In this document: positions 39,317 to 49,909 of the stretch, in pieces
Layout: each line of letters opens with the position of its first letter
Numbering within the stretch: the first letter of the stretch is position 1
DNA from: an uncultured Dehalococcoidia bacterium
GTDB lineage: Bacteria; Chloroflexota; Dehalococcoidia; Lucifugimonadales; CATQGZ01
Assembly (NCBI GenBank): GCA_964570875.1
Contig: CAZMZE010000012.1
Location: 9,948 to 73,947 of the forward strand
Reading direction: 5' to 3'
DNA: 64,000 nucleotides
Translations under genes and position numbers: made by a program
Notes under the pieces: model-generated
What the model was told of the DNA's origin: nothing
Database searches by the model: none
Seen by the model: only the letters and a program-made list of their open reading frames with translations

Positions 39317-40372
39317 TTATATTAACGACACTCTTTCGTCTTCCTCTGTCTTGATAATTTCACCAATGACACAAGCTCCAGATATTTCTTTTATGGCCTC
39401 GTCCGCAGCAGACGGTTCGCAAACTAAAACCATACCTAGCCCCATATTAAAAACTCGGTACATTTCCTCTAGATTAATGTTGCCCATATTTTGAATTAAA
39501 GACATTATAGTGGGTCGATTCCAGGTGGTTGTATCAATACGAGCCGAAAGATCTTTAGGAAGTACTCGGGGAATGTTCTCTGGCAGACCGCCACCCGTAA
39601 TGTGGGCAGCAGCTTTAAAAGCACTGAAAAGAGGTGCGAGTGTGTTGTAGTACGATCGATGCGGGACTAATAAAGCGTCTGCTATAGTGCCATTAATCTC
39701 GGCAAAAAACTCTTCAAGAATAGAAGGATTCTCATCTATCTTTAATGCCTGTCGGACCAAGGAATAGCCATTAGTATGCAGTCCGCTTGAGGGGATTCCT
39801 ACCAGAAGATCAGATTCCTTTATTTGTGATATATCCTTGATTGAGTTTTTTTCCAGCGCTCCTACAACAAAACCAGCAAGGTCGAGTTCCCCATCTTCGT
39901 AAACCCCAGGCATCTGGGCTGTTTCTCCACCTATAAGCGCACATCCGACAGCGTTACAGGCTTCAACCATTCCACTAACAATATCTTCCACGAGGTTTGG
40001 TTTGAGGCTGCCTACGGCTATATAGTCTAGAAAAAATAGCGGTCTTGCCCCAGTCACGATTATATCGTTCACACAGAGGTTAACAAGATCTTTACCAATA
40101 GTGTCAAATCTACCGACCATAGAAGCAATTTTGAGCTTGGTTCCTACTCCATCTGTACTGGATACCAATATTGGCTCCCGATATTGGCCTAGTTGATACA
40201 TAGCACCAAATGAGCCAATTCCTTCTAGCACCTCAGGACCATGACTTGTAGCTACCAAATCTGCAATGCGGCCTTTGACATCTATGGCAGCATCTAGATC
40301 GACACCAGACGACTTGTATGTGAGTGGAGCGTCCCCACTAGTAGAGGTCATGAAAAATTCTCCCAGGTTCAT
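39317..40372 (-). CDS. purM: phosphoribosylformylglycinamidine cyclo-ligase (AIR synthetase)
   Basis: It has YKSSGVDLDA, DGVGTKL, DYIAVG and GGETAQMPG motifs. The start overlaps the purF stop (4 nt). Confidence 0.95.
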   Translation of the reverse strand: MNLGEFFMTSTSGDAPLTYKSSGVDLDAAIDVKGRIADLVATSHGPEVLEGIGSFGAMYQLGQYREPILVSSTDGVGTKLKIASMVGRFDTIGKDLVNLCVNDIIVTGARPLFFLDYIAVGSLKPNLVEDIVSGMVEACNAVGCALIGGETAQMPGVYEDGELDLAGFVVGALEKNSIKDISQIKESDLLVGIPSSGLHTNGYSLVRQALKIDENPSILEEFFAEINGTIADALLVPHRSYYNTLAPLFSAFKAAAHITGGGLPENIPRVLPKDLSARIDTTTWNRPTIMSLIQNMGNINLEEMYRVFNMGLGMVLVCEPSAADEAIKEISGACVIGEIIKTEEDERVSLI

Positions 40373-41778
40373 ATTTCAAGGACAAGCTTGTCCATTTCAA
40401 GCTGGACGGGAACTGGGTATTCACCAGTGAAACAAGCCATACAGAAGCTGTTTTTCTCTCCCCCGACGGCTCTTAATAGTCCTTCATGGCTTAAGTATCC
40501 TAGGGAGTCCGCCCCTACGTATTCACGAATCTGTTCGACCGATTTGTTGGCCGCTAATAATTCTTTTCTGGTCGCCATATCTATGCCAAAGTGACAGGGC
40601 CACATTATAGGAGGTGCACACACGCGGAGATGTATTTCGGTAGCTCCTCCCTTCCTAAGTAGATTTACAACATGGGGCGTGGTTGTACCTCTGACAATAC
40701 TGTCATCGACAACTACAACTCGCTTATCACGTATCAGGTCTGGGAGGGGATTAAGTTTTCTGCGGACACCTAAATCTCGGAGGCGTTGATCGGGCAAAAT
40801 AAAAGTTCGACCAACATACCTGTTTTTCATCAGCCCCTCGGTAAATGGTATTTGAGCTTCTTGTGAATAACCAACAGCGGCAGCAGTTGCCGAGTCTGGC
40901 ACCCCTATGACAATATCTGCATCAACAGGATGTTCCTTGGCCAGCTCGGCCCCCATTGCCATACGAGATTTATAAACTAAATTCCCTCCCAATACGCTGT
41001 CAGGTCGAGCGAAATATATATGCTCGAATATGCACATGGACGAAGATTCTGTAGCCTCCTGTTTTTTGTATACTGTTCGGAGTCCTTGGGAGTCAACCAT
41101 TACGGCTTCACCGGGTTCTATCTCACGTACGAATTCAGCTCCTACATGATCTAAAGCACATGATTCAGATGCAATCACCCACCCATCACCTAATCTTCCT
41201 ATACACAAAGGCCGAACTCCTAGGGGATCCCTAATACCGAAAAGAGCATCTTTGGTCATAACTGCCAGCGAATATGCTCCCTCTAATCGCCTCATGGCAT
41301 AGGCTATTCGCTCCCCCCAGTCATTAGATGGTGCATGCGTTATTAGATGGGCCACTATTTCCGAATCACTTGTGGAAGAAAATTCGCATCCCCAGTCGAC
41401 AAGCTCTTTTTTAAGTTCAACCGCATTGATTACATTCCCATTATGAGCTAATGCAATTTCTACATCATCATTTCTAGATAGAATTGGTTGTGCGTTGTTA
41501 ATGTTGTTTGAACCAGTAGTGGAGTATCGAGTGTGGCCAATTGCTATATGACCAGACAAATCCGTGAGATCCTCCTCTTGGAATGCTTGTCCCACTAGCC
41601 CCATCGCTGTGCTATTGGTTATTCCATTACCATCTGAAGCCGCAATCCCGCTACTTTCTTGACCTCGATGTTGCAGAGCGTACAGAGCAAAGAAAACGAC
41701 TCGTGCAACAGAGTGCTTGGGTGAATAAACGCCAACTACACCACAAGCCTCCTTAAGATCGTCGTTATGATCTGTCAT
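40369..41778 (-). CDS. purF: amidophosphoribosyltransferase
   Basis: It has the Ntn Cys in ..LKEACGVVGVY.., the PRPP loop VVVVDDSIVRGTT, and C-terminal Cys residues of the Fe-S type (CMACFTGEYP). Confidence 0.97.
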   Translation of the reverse strand: MTDHNDDLKEACGVVGVYSPKHSVARVVFFALYALQHRGQESSGIAASDGNGITNSTAMGLVGQAFQEEDLTDLSGHIAIGHTRYSTTGSNNINNAQPILSRNDDVEIALAHNGNVINAVELKKELVDWGCEFSSTSDSEIVAHLITHAPSNDWGERIAYAMRRLEGAYSLAVMTKDALFGIRDPLGVRPLCIGRLGDGWVIASESCALDHVGAEFVREIEPGEAVMVDSQGLRTVYKKQEATESSSMCIFEHIYFARPDSVLGGNLVYKSRMAMGAELAKEHPVDADIVIGVPDSATAAAVGYSQEAQIPFTEGLMKNRYVGRTFILPDQRLRDLGVRRKLNPLPDLIRDKRVVVVDDSIVRGTTTPHVVNLLRKGGATEIHLRVCAPPIMWPCHFGIDMATRKELLAANKSVEQIREYVGADSLGYLSHEGLLRAVGGEKNSFCMACFTGEYPVPVQLEMDKLVLEI

Positions 41779-41937
41779 TTAAGCCTGCCTCTGGTAGGTA
41801 TTTGGGTGACGAATGTAAAAGCCTCAAGTCATACAATATGATGGCGCCGCCAGCGCATTATAAGTTTTTGTGTGAAACCGGGTCAACGTTGTCGGTCTCA
41901 ATATTGAATCAATTTATTCAAGGACCTTGCTGAATTG

Positions 41938-42507
41938 TCACTTTAGTTTTCGTCGGGCCATTCGGCTCGCAATAAAAGGGTATATTCCAAGTGCAACTAA
42001 AGCAACAAACACAGTCAAAGTCGCCCAAGACATAATTGATAGGAGTGGATTGGATGGCCGAACATCAAGCACGAAATTTGCCGACGAATTCCCTAGGCCA
42101 CTGCTAACAGTAACCATGAAAGTCCATGGGCCTACACTATCCACGTCTGTATTGGCTTCGTAGATAGATTCGAGTGACGATTGGCGAAAAGCCTGGATTG
42201 GTGCTGAAATATCTCCCTCTACGTTAGGTCTGAAAACCCGAATAATGACTTGAGGGTTTTGAATTGGATTTTCGGTTTTTAATGGAGTTACTGTGACGCT
42301 AACATGTATTGCGCCAACTCTGGGAGGGTTCGGAACAGAACCAAACCCGATCTGATAGGGTCCGGCAACTTTGACTTGATAATCTAATACTCTACCGTTT
42401 GCATGTGAGATAGGGGCAGTTGCAATACACGAAAAAATTACTGCCAAAAATAATAACAGGAATTTTACAGTGGCCAACGGTAAGAATGAGTTTTTCAACT
42501 TCATCAC
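41938..42507 (-). CDS. hypothetical exported / C-terminally membrane-anchored protein
   Basis: It has an N-terminal signal-like segment (FLLLFLAVIFSCIATAPISHA), a beta-rich middle, and a C-terminal TM (ATLTVFVALVALGIYPFIA) followed by RMARRKLK. It starts 9 nt after the trpB stop. Confidence 0.55.
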   Translation of the reverse strand: MMKLKNSFLPLATVKFLLLFLAVIFSCIATAPISHANGRVLDYQVKVAGPYQIGFGSVPNPPRVGAIHVSVTVTPLKTENPIQNPQVIIRVFRPNVEGDISAPIQAFRQSSLESIYEANTDVDSVGPWTFMVTVSSGLGNSSANFVLDVRPSNPLLSIMSWATLTVFVALVALGIYPFIASRMARRKLK

Positions 42508-42516
42508 GCTAAGGCC

Positions 42517-43722
42517 TCACATATTAATCCCGAGGTTCTTAGCCACAGTGTCAATGTCTTTGTCTCCCCTGCCACTTAACCCAACAAGTATTGACTGGCC
42601 TTTAGGCAGAGTAGGTGCGAACTTAGACGTGTAATATATGGCATGGGCAGGTTCCAAGGCGGGTATGATCCCTTCGGTAGTCGAAAGTAAAGAGAACCCA
42701 TCAAGAGCTTCACTGTCAGTGACACTCACATAACTCGCACGGTCGCTATCTTTAAGGAAACTGTGTTCTGGTCCAACACCAGGGTAGTCTAATCCAGCGG
42801 ATATGCTATGAGGTTCTTGGATTTGGCCGTTGCTATCTTGAAGTAGGTAAGACATACTTCCGTGCAGCACACCCGGTCGTCCGGCCAACAAGGTTGATGC
42901 ATGTTGGCCGGTATCAATTCCTAAGCCAGCGGCTTCAACCCCTATCAAATTTACAGAAGTATCCTCTATGAAGGAATGAAATAGACCCATTGCGTTACTA
43001 CCACCACCGACACATGCGATCACGTGATGAGGCAAGCTGCCTGTTTGATTGATGAACTGAGCTCGAGCCTCATTTCCTATGACCGCCTGGAAATCTCTAA
43101 CTATCATTGGGTAAGGGTGAGGGCCCACTACACTACCTATTATATAGTGAGTAGTTCTAACATTGGTGACCCAATCTCTGATAGTTTCGTTAATAGCGTC
43201 TTTCAATGTTTTGCTACCTGAATTCACAGTCCGCACTTCTGCTCCAAGCAAGCGCATTCTAAAAACATTTAGGGATTGGCGCTCTACGTCCTTTTCGCCC
43301 ATGTAGACCACACATTCTAATTTAAGCAGCGCACAAGCGGTTGCTGTAGCAACACCATGTTGGCCCGCACCAGTCTCGGCTATGATTCTATTTTTACCCA
43401 TTTTCTTTGCTAGAAGGCCTTGAGCGAGTGCGTTATTTATCTTGTGAGCACCAGTGTGGGCAAGGTCTTCTCTTTTCAAGAATATATTGGGACCACCTAG
43501 CTTGTCGGTTAAGTTTTCAGCAAAGTACAGAGGGGTGGGGCGACCTACGTAGTGGTTGAGTAAGGTATCTAAGTTTGCCAGAAAGTTTTCATCATTCCTA
43601 ACAGCTAAATATTCCTGTTCCAATTCTTCTATCGCGCCCATCAGTGTCTCTGGGACAAATCGTCCGCCGTATTCTCCAAAATGGCCATTTGCGTCTGGTA
43701 AAGTTTTTATCGGGTTCATCAA
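42517..43722 (-). CDS. trpB: tryptophan synthase beta chain
   Basis: It has [10 protein letters not shown], the PLP lysine context [11 protein letters not shown], and GGGSNAMG. Confidence 0.97.
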   Translation of the reverse strand: MMNPIKTLPDANGHFGEYGGRFVPETLMGAIEELEQEYLAVRNDENFLANLDTLLNHYVGRPTPLYFAENLTDKLGGPNIFLKREDLAHTGAHKINNALAQGLLAKKMGKNRIIAETGAGQHGVATATACALLKLECVVYMGEKDVERQSLNVFRMRLLGAEVRTVNSGSKTLKDAINETIRDWVTNVRTTHYIIGSVVGPHPYPMIVRDFQAVIGNEARAQFINQTGSLPHHVIACVGGGSNAMGLFHSFIEDTSVNLIGVEAAGLGIDTGQHASTLLAGRPGVLHGSMSYLLQDSNGQIQEPHSISAGLDYPGVGPEHSFLKDSDRASYVSVTDSEALDGFSLLSTTEGIIPALEPAHAIYYTSKFAPTLPKGQSILVGLSGRGDKDIDTVAKNLGINM

Positions 43723-43858
43723 TTTTTCCTAAATGAAATTAGCATCAACTATTTAATCAATAACTAGAGCCTCGCCTGTACATTATACGTTTCTTGGTTG
43801 ACCATAGGTATCACTCTATCTAGAATGGACGGATAAACCCTATCAAGGAGAGTGCACA

Positions 43859-44098
43859 TTGCCCATATATGAGTATGTATGTAATTCGTGTGGCAATAGA
43901 TTCGATAAACTGAGACCTGTCACTAGGATGGATGACATAGCTCCTTGTGAAGAATGCGGTGGGGACTCGAGTAGGCAGCTATCGGTTTTTGCTGCATATT
44001 CTAGAGGTGATGATGGTGAAGTAGCATCAATGCCAAGTACTGGAGGGGGTTGTGGCGGTTGTGGTCCAAGCGGTTGCGGCTGCTCCATGAGTGTCTAA
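43859..44098 (+). CDS. FmdB-family zinc-ribbon protein
   Basis: It has MPIYEYVCNSCGNRF..CEECGG and a Gly/Cys-rich tail, GGGCGGCGPSGCGCS. Confidence 0.8.
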   Translation: MPIYEYVCNSCGNRFDKLRPVTRMDDIAPCEECGGDSSRQLSVFAAYSRGDDGEVASMPSTGGGCGGCGPSGCGCSMSV

Positions 44099-44154
44099 AC
44101 CTAACTGTAGCCCAATTTGGTATCTTTCGTTTTAAGTAGGGCTTTGCCAAAGAA

Positions 44155-44970
44155 CTATGTGTTGTTCTTAAGCCTGACCAGTATTAATTTGGAACCAATA
44201 ATGAGAATCATGCTTTCAAAAACGGTCAGAGCCGCGATCAACATTGTGGTGTCGAAGAAAAACCCTTGAGGAAACATTATGAGTAACATATCGGTATGTG
44301 GATTAAGTTGCCACAAATCGTTTGTGAAGCTAATCTTATGGAATACAATGAACGCTTGCTCGAAACCAACTAAGGAAATGATTCCAGCAAACGAAACAAC
44401 AGCCATGGTTATTAGACCTGCCGAAAGGCAGCACACACCAACCCTAGAGATAAATGATCTTTTATTAGTAACCAAGCTGTAAATCATGAATAGAGCTATA
44501 AGCAATCCAGACAATTCCTGTGTCCGATAGGTTCCATTCACCAAAAACTTAACATCCTTCATATGGAGAATTTCCCGAGAGTTATACAGGTTTAGTACTG
44601 GCGTCCCAAATCTACTGATCGACACATTCAAAAATTCTTCTTCGTTATTGAAATACTCACGAATCTGTTGGCCAACTGAAATAAGCTCAGTTAGCTCTAT
44701 ACCAGCATGTGAAGGGATATCGTATTTGCTAAATCCATAACTGTAGAGAGCTGGGTTTTGGATAACTAACCGGACGTTCGTAGATATAAGGAACAGTGAA
44801 ATAACAATGGAAATAGCTATCACGCCTATACGATTTATAATGCTCATAAGATTTTCTCGAACCCAATCATCAATACTTGTTGATAATATTGTCAACCTCA
44901 TAAAGCCATGGCTATAATCGGCCAAGTCGAATTGAGCATACACTAAAATTAGAGGAGACTCGTATGTCAA
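44155..44970 (-). CDS. integral membrane protein (DUF1461 / TIGR01906-like)
   Basis: It is multi-TM, with NxxF and HMKDV-type features of the family. The track start would overlap the divergent mazG start and its SD, so a later start (Met at 44901 or 44847) is more likely. Confidence 0.65.
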   Translation of the reverse strand: MTYESPLILVYAQFDLADYSHGFMRLTILSTSIDDWVRENLMSIINRIGVIAISIVISLFLISTNVRLVIQNPALYSYGFSKYDIPSHAGIELTELISVGQQIREYFNNEEEFLNVSISRFGTPVLNLYNSREILHMKDVKFLVNGTYRTQELSGLLIALFMIYSLVTNKRSFISRVGVCCLSAGLITMAVVSFAGIISLVGFEQAFIVFHKISFTNDLWQLNPHTDMLLIMFPQGFFFDTTMLIAALTVFESMILIIGSKLILVRLKNNT

Positions 44971-45752
44971 TAAAAACCAACCCTCATTATCAAGGTACCT
45001 ATGATGAGCTTAAGCAAGTCGTTGAAAAACTGCTTGGACCTGAAGGCTGTCCATGGGATAAAGAACAAACCCAACATTCACTTAAAGAGATGTTGCTACG
45101 TGAATGTTATGAACTCGTCGAAGCTATAGAGTCAGATCAATTTGAGGATATGATTGAGGAACTAGGAGATGTGATGTTTAACATTGTCATCCAGATGGCC
45201 ATAGCAAAAGAACAGAATTTATTCACTGACCAAAAAGTGCTCAAAGGGATTATCAATAAACTTGTACGAAGACACCCTCACGTTTTCCAAAATAAGAGTG
45301 TTATGAATGCCAAAGAAGTTGAAGCCAACTGGAATAAACTTAAAAAAAATGAGAAAAATGTTGAAGGAACTATCATAGATAGTGTACCCAAGACAACACC
45401 AGCTTTAATGTATGCGCAAGAGGTCCAGAAACGGGCTTCCAGCGAGGGATTAGATTGGGATAATTATGACGGAGTTGTGAGTAAAGTGGCTGAGGAAATA
45501 TATGAACTTGGAACAGCCTCATCTCAAAAGGAACGTGAATCTGAATTGGGTGACCTGTTATTTTCGATAGTCAATGTAGCTCGTTGGCTGGGTATCGATG
45601 CTGAGTCATCCCTTCGGCATGCCAACAAGCGATTTTCCACCCGATTTCAAACCGTGACACAATTGACTGAACAAAGATCAAAAAACTTATCGGAACTTTC
45701 GCCACATGAAAAAGACGACCTGTGGCAAGAGGCAAAGTCGCTGACAAATTGA
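44964..45752 (+). CDS. mazG: nucleoside triphosphate pyrophosphohydrolase MazG (tandem MazG domains)
   Basis: It has GCPWDKEQTHQSL-type N-terminus, EELGDVMFNIV, and a second domain with ELGDLLFSIVNVARWLGIDAE. SD AGGAG lies 6 nt upstream. Confidence 0.9.
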   Translation: MSIKTNPHYQGTYDELKQVVEKLLGPEGCPWDKEQTQHSLKEMLLRECYELVEAIESDQFEDMIEELGDVMFNIVIQMAIAKEQNLFTDQKVLKGIINKLVRRHPHVFQNKSVMNAKEVEANWNKLKKNEKNVEGTIIDSVPKTTPALMYAQEVQKRASSEGLDWDNYDGVVSKVAEEIYELGTASSQKERESELGDLLFSIVNVARWLGIDAESSLRHANKRFSTRFQTVTQLTEQRSKNLSELSPHEKDDLWQEAKSLTN

Positions 45753-45848
45753 GCTTATCAGGAAGATAAAATTCGTGATTTTAGATATAGTCACATTTGT
45801 AGAATCAGTTGATATTAAGTCTTTCTATCTGGTTCATCCCAAGAAATA

Positions 45849-46778
45849 TTGACGGTTAATCCATTGGTAAATAGACTTCAGGCCATGCATAGTACACCGA
45901 ATGATAAAGTTTTAGCGGAGATTCATAGTTGTGCTGTAAGTATTGCCCGAGAAGCTGGTCAAATTCTCTCGTCATACTTTGGGCAAAACATGAACGTTTG
46001 TTATAAGGATGAAAACAAAACTGATCCTGTTACAAAAGTTGACATTGAAGTCCAAAGATTTGTAATTGAATCAATCAATAAAACATTTGGAGATCATTAC
46101 GTTCTGAGTGAAGAAGCGTATGGAGATGAGATTGATGAAGAAATTGATAACGATTTCGTTTGGGTAGTAGATCCGCTGGACGGTACAAAGAATTTTGTTG
46201 CTGGGATCCCAATATTTGCTTGCTCAATCGGAGTTTTGTATAAAGGAGTTCCTGTCGCGGCGGCCATATACATTCCGTGGCCTGATGGTTTGGGTAAAAT
46301 TGTCCATGCGAGGTCCGGTTCAGGGGCATTCATAGGAGACAAAAAAGTATCAATTTCTTCCAGTGAGCATAGAAGCAAAGTAAGCCTTTCAGGAGTCCCT
46401 GCAAATTTTTTCTCTCAATACCAACGACCACTGTCCACGAAAATATCTTTGGTAGAACCTCGCATTACTGGAAGCATTGCATACGAACTAGCAATGGTAG
46501 CTATGGGAACCATGAAATACGCGTTCATAAACGGACCCTATTTATGGGATATTGCGGGCGGAACTTTGATTGTGCAAGAAGCAGGGAGATTAGCGTTGAA
46601 GAGCCGAATTCAACGTACCATGAGTTCTCTTTTCCTGCCCAAATTTACATGGGAACCCATTGATAAACTCACAGATGACGGGAATGAAACCAAAGTCAAG
46701 ACTATGCGTACAAGATGGACTACCCTGCTGGCGTTTGGAGATCCAGGATCAATTGGAGAATTACGAAAATTAAGATAG
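45849..46778 (+). CDS. inositol monophosphatase-family phosphatase (second paralog in the window)
   Basis: It has VLSEEA, WVVDPLDGTKNF and LWDIAGG motifs. It has a TTG start; the ATG 13 codons downstream is an alternative. Confidence 0.8.
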   Translation: MTVNPLVNRLQAMHSTPNDKVLAEIHSCAVSIAREAGQILSSYFGQNMNVCYKDENKTDPVTKVDIEVQRFVIESINKTFGDHYVLSEEAYGDEIDEEIDNDFVWVVDPLDGTKNFVAGIPIFACSIGVLYKGVPVAAAIYIPWPDGLGKIVHARSGSGAFIGDKKVSISSSEHRSKVSLSGVPANFFSQYQRPLSTKISLVEPRITGSIAYELAMVAMGTMKYAFINGPYLWDIAGGTLIVQEAGRLALKSRIQRTMSSLFLPKFTWEPIDKLTDDGNETKVKTMRTRWTTLLAFGDPGSIGELRKLR

Positions 46779-46921
46779 AACAAAATCGGCCAAACAATAA
46801 ATTTGTTGAAGTCTTGCCTATCACACAAAAAAATAATGCAGATAATAAGGGAAATGATAGAATTATCACAAAGATTTGTCGGTGGCAATAAAAGTACCCA
46901 CTCTATCGGAAGTATCACATA

Positions 46922-49813
46922 TTGCTAGATAATATAATTGTTCGGGGCGCCAGAGAACACAATTTAAAGAACGTCGACGTAGTGTTGCCGCGAAATAAAT
47001 TAGTGGTAGTAACAGGGGTCTCCGGGTCCGGTAAAAGCTCCCTAGCATTTGACACCATATACGCTGAAGGACAAAGACGTTATGTTGAGTCACTGTCATC
47101 ATACGCACGGCAGTTTCTGGGACGGATGGACAAGCCAGATGTTGATCATATAGATGGCCTGTCACCATCAATATCGATAGACCAAAAAGGTGTTTCTCAT
47201 AATCCCCGGTCGACAGTCGGCACTGTAACGGAGATTTATGACTATCTCCGACTCCTCTTTGCTAGAGCCGGTCGTCCCCACTGCCATAATTGTGGAAGGC
47301 CTGTTGAGAGTCAAACAGTGCAACAGATCGTTGATGCAGTTCTAGGACTTCCCGAATCAACTCGAATACAAATCATGGCCCCTATGGTGAGACGGCGTAA
47401 AGGAGAACACAATGAAATTTTCGAAGAAGCTCGTTCGGCCGGATTTGTAAGAGTTCGAGTTAATGGAGAAATATATGAGCTTGGTGAGGTGCCTTCGCTA
47501 GAAAAAAATAAATGGCATAACATTGAAATTGTAGTTGATCGTCTGGTGGTAGGAGAAAGTGCTGAACTAGGAAGGGTTTCAGATTCGGTGGAGACTTCAC
47601 TAAGGATGGCGAAAGGCACAGTTCTTGTGTCTGTTGTTGATGGCGAGGAATATCTTTTCTCAGAACAATTTTCTTGTGTACATTGCAACATAAGTATTGG
47701 TGAACTTGAACCACGGACCTTTAGTTTCAACAATCCCCATGGAGCATGCACCAACTGTGCTGGATTAGGCTACTGGCTGGAAGTAGATCCAGAGTTGGTT
47801 ATACCTAACAAAGAATTAAGCATTGATGAAGGAGCTGTTCAGCCTTGGATACGAACAGGTTCTTACGCTCAGAGTTTTTCAAGGCGCCTAGAATCGCTTG
47901 GGCAATCATATGGCTTCTCAACCAGCTCACCAATCAAAAATCTTGATAAACAACATCTTGATTTAATCCTATGGGGAAATCTTGATGTCCCTGTACAGGG
48001 ACGAAGGAAACCAAGTTATCGACGACACCTATGGGAGAATCGGTTTGAAGGTGTAATTAACAACTTGGCCAGAAGGCATCGAGACACCGAGTCTAATTTT
48101 GTCAGGTCCGAGATAGAAAAATACATGGTGTCTAGGCCATGCAAAGGATGCAAAGGGTTTAGGCTTAGACCAGAAGCCCTTGCAGTGACTGTGGATGGCC
48201 TCAATATTATTCAAATCACCGACAAGTCTATTGCTGAGTCCATGGACTGGATACGAAGGATCCGGGATGGAAGTTTTTCAAAGAATGGTTCGTCAAATAA
48301 GAACGCCCTCACTAAAAGGGAGCAGACGATAGCAGACCAAATACTAAAAGAGATAGAATCCCGCCTAAATTTTCTCTTGAATGTTGGACTTGACTATTTA
48401 ACTCTTTCTAGAACTGCATCTACACTTAGCGGAGGTGAAGCTCAACGTATCAGGCTAGCTACACAAATAGGATCTGGCCTGATGGGAGTATTGTATGTAT
48501 GCGATGAACCCTCGATAGGTCTCCATCCAGCAGATGATTATCGTTTAATAGAAACACTTCAAGGTCTCAGGGACGTAGGCAATACGGTTTTGATAGTGGA
48601 ACACGATGAGGCCATAATGAGGGCGTCTGATCACATTATAGACATGGGACCAGGTGCTGGTGAACACGGCGGCCATGTTGTGGCTGAAGGAAAAATTGAC
48701 GAGATTATACAAGTGGAAGATTCGCTAACTGGTCAATATCTTGGGAGGAAACGCAGAATCCCATATCCTGAAAAGAGGCGCTCTCTAAGTAATACTTCAA
48801 TAAGCATTCAGGGCGCAAAAGAAAATAACCTAAAAGATATAGATGTAAATATACCCTTGGGCGTAATGGTTTGTATAACGGGGGTGTCGGGTTCTGGAAA
48901 AAGTACTCTGATTAACGAAATTCTGTATAAAGCTCTAGCTCAACATTTTTATAAAGCAAAGGATCGACCAGGTGAATTTGACGCTATACAAAATTTAGAA
49001 GCTATAGATAAAGTGGTCAACATTGACCAATCCCCCATAGGGCGTACTCCACGAAGTAATCCAGCGACGTATACGGGGACGTTCACACCTATACGAGAAT
49101 TGTTCACGACAGTGCCAGAATCACGGATGCGTGGCTATAAGGCAGGAAGATTTTCCTTTAACGTAAAGGGCGGTAGATGCGAGGCATGCAGTGGGGACGG
49201 CTATATAAACATTGAGATGCAGTTTCTCCCTGATGTATCGGTACCATGTGAAATTTGCGAAGGAGATAGATATAATCGGGAGGCTCTGGAGATAGAGTTC
49301 AAAGGGAAAAATATTGGTGAAGTTTTAAATATGACGGTGTCTGAAGCGCTGCAGTTCTTCGGAAATATTCCAAAGATCAAAAATAAACTGCAAACAATGA
49401 GTGATGTGGGATTAGGTTACATAAAGTTGGGCCAGCCAGCTACCCAACTTAGTGGTGGGGAAGCTCAGAGAGTGAAGCTTTCCAGTGAGTTGTCGAAGCG
49501 CTCACAAGGCCATACTTTGTATATACTAGATGAGCCTACCACAGGCCTGTCTTTTGAAGATTGTGCCCACCTGCTTAACGTATTACATCGACTTGTTGAC
49601 GCTGGAAACACAGTGGTGCTAATCGAGCATCATCTAGATTTGATTAAAAATTCAGATTGGATTATTGATCTTGGCCCAGGGGCTGGCGACAAAGGCGGTC
49701 AAGTTATAGCTGAGGGGACACCGGAATCTCTCGCAAAACTTCGGGATTCTAGTACAGGATACTATCTAAAACACCAGATGGAGATGGATAGCCAGAGTGT
49801 AATAGTGAATTGA
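46922..49813 (+). CDS. uvrA: excinuclease ABC subunit A
   Basis: It has two ABC modules (GVSGSGKSS / GVSGSGKST; LSGGEAQR twice) and zinc-finger Cys clusters (CHNCGRP, CVHC, CKGCKG, CEACSGDG..CEICEG). Confidence 0.97.
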   Translation: MLDNIIVRGAREHNLKNVDVVLPRNKLVVVTGVSGSGKSSLAFDTIYAEGQRRYVESLSSYARQFLGRMDKPDVDHIDGLSPSISIDQKGVSHNPRSTVGTVTEIYDYLRLLFARAGRPHCHNCGRPVESQTVQQIVDAVLGLPESTRIQIMAPMVRRRKGEHNEIFEEARSAGFVRVRVNGEIYELGEVPSLEKNKWHNIEIVVDRLVVGESAELGRVSDSVETSLRMAKGTVLVSVVDGEEYLFSEQFSCVHCNISIGELEPRTFSFNNPHGACTNCAGLGYWLEVDPELVIPNKELSIDEGAVQPWIRTGSYAQSFSRRLESLGQSYGFSTSSPIKNLDKQHLDLILWGNLDVPVQGRRKPSYRRHLWENRFEGVINNLARRHRDTESNFVRSEIEKYMVSRPCKGCKGFRLRPEALAVTVDGLNIIQITDKSIAESMDWIRRIRDGSFSKNGSSNKNALTKREQTIADQILKEIESRLNFLLNVGLDYLTLSRTASTLSGGEAQRIRLATQIGSGLMGVLYVCDEPSIGLHPADDYRLIETLQGLRDVGNTVLIVEHDEAIMRASDHIIDMGPGAGEHGGHVVAEGKIDEIIQVEDSLTGQYLGRKRRIPYPEKRRSLSNTSISIQGAKENNLKDIDVNIPLGVMVCITGVSGSGKSTLINEILYKALAQHFYKAKDRPGEFDAIQNLEAIDKVVNIDQSPIGRTPRSNPATYTGTFTPIRELFTTVPESRMRGYKAGRFSFNVKGGRCEACSGDGYINIEMQFLPDVSVPCEICEGDRYNREALEIEFKGKNIGEVLNMTVSEALQFFGNIPKIKNKLQTMSDVGLGYIKLGQPATQLSGGEAQRVKLSSELSKRSQGHTLYILDEPTTGLSFEDCAHLLNVLHRLVDAGNTVVLIEHHLDLIKNSDWIIDLGPGAGDKGGQVIAEGTPESLAKLRDSSTGYYLKHQMEMDSQSVIVN

Positions 49814-49909
49814 TGTGATATCAAAGTCCCGGGACTAGTGTTTCGGAGAGCTAGTACCGGAAGCGCTATACTCAAGTGAAAGAATACTGTTGAGTGATGG
49901 AGGAATTCA

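Noticed and set aside
41779-41937. A possible riboswitch or leader structure upstream of purF, and a terminator for the trpB unit.
   Set aside because: I see only a short palindrome (TTGAATaaattgATTCAA) and a GC-rich GGCGCCGCCAGCGC patch. Neither resembles a purine or other riboswitch class I can identify by eye, and there is no stem plus U-tract terminator.
43843-44088. An 81-aa Pro-rich ORF (PQPLGPQPPQPPP) antisense to the FmdB zinc-ribbon gene.
   Set aside because: It is the mirror image of the Gly/Cys-rich GGC/GGT-repeat tail of the FmdB gene. The sense frame has the canonical MPIYEY.C..C start and zinc-ribbon motifs.
49825-49836. A perfect 12-bp palindrome, AGTCCCGGGACT, just after the uvrA stop.
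   Set aside because: As a hairpin it would have essentially no loop, and it has no following T-tract. It is probably a chance palindrome or restriction-site-like sequence, not a terminator.
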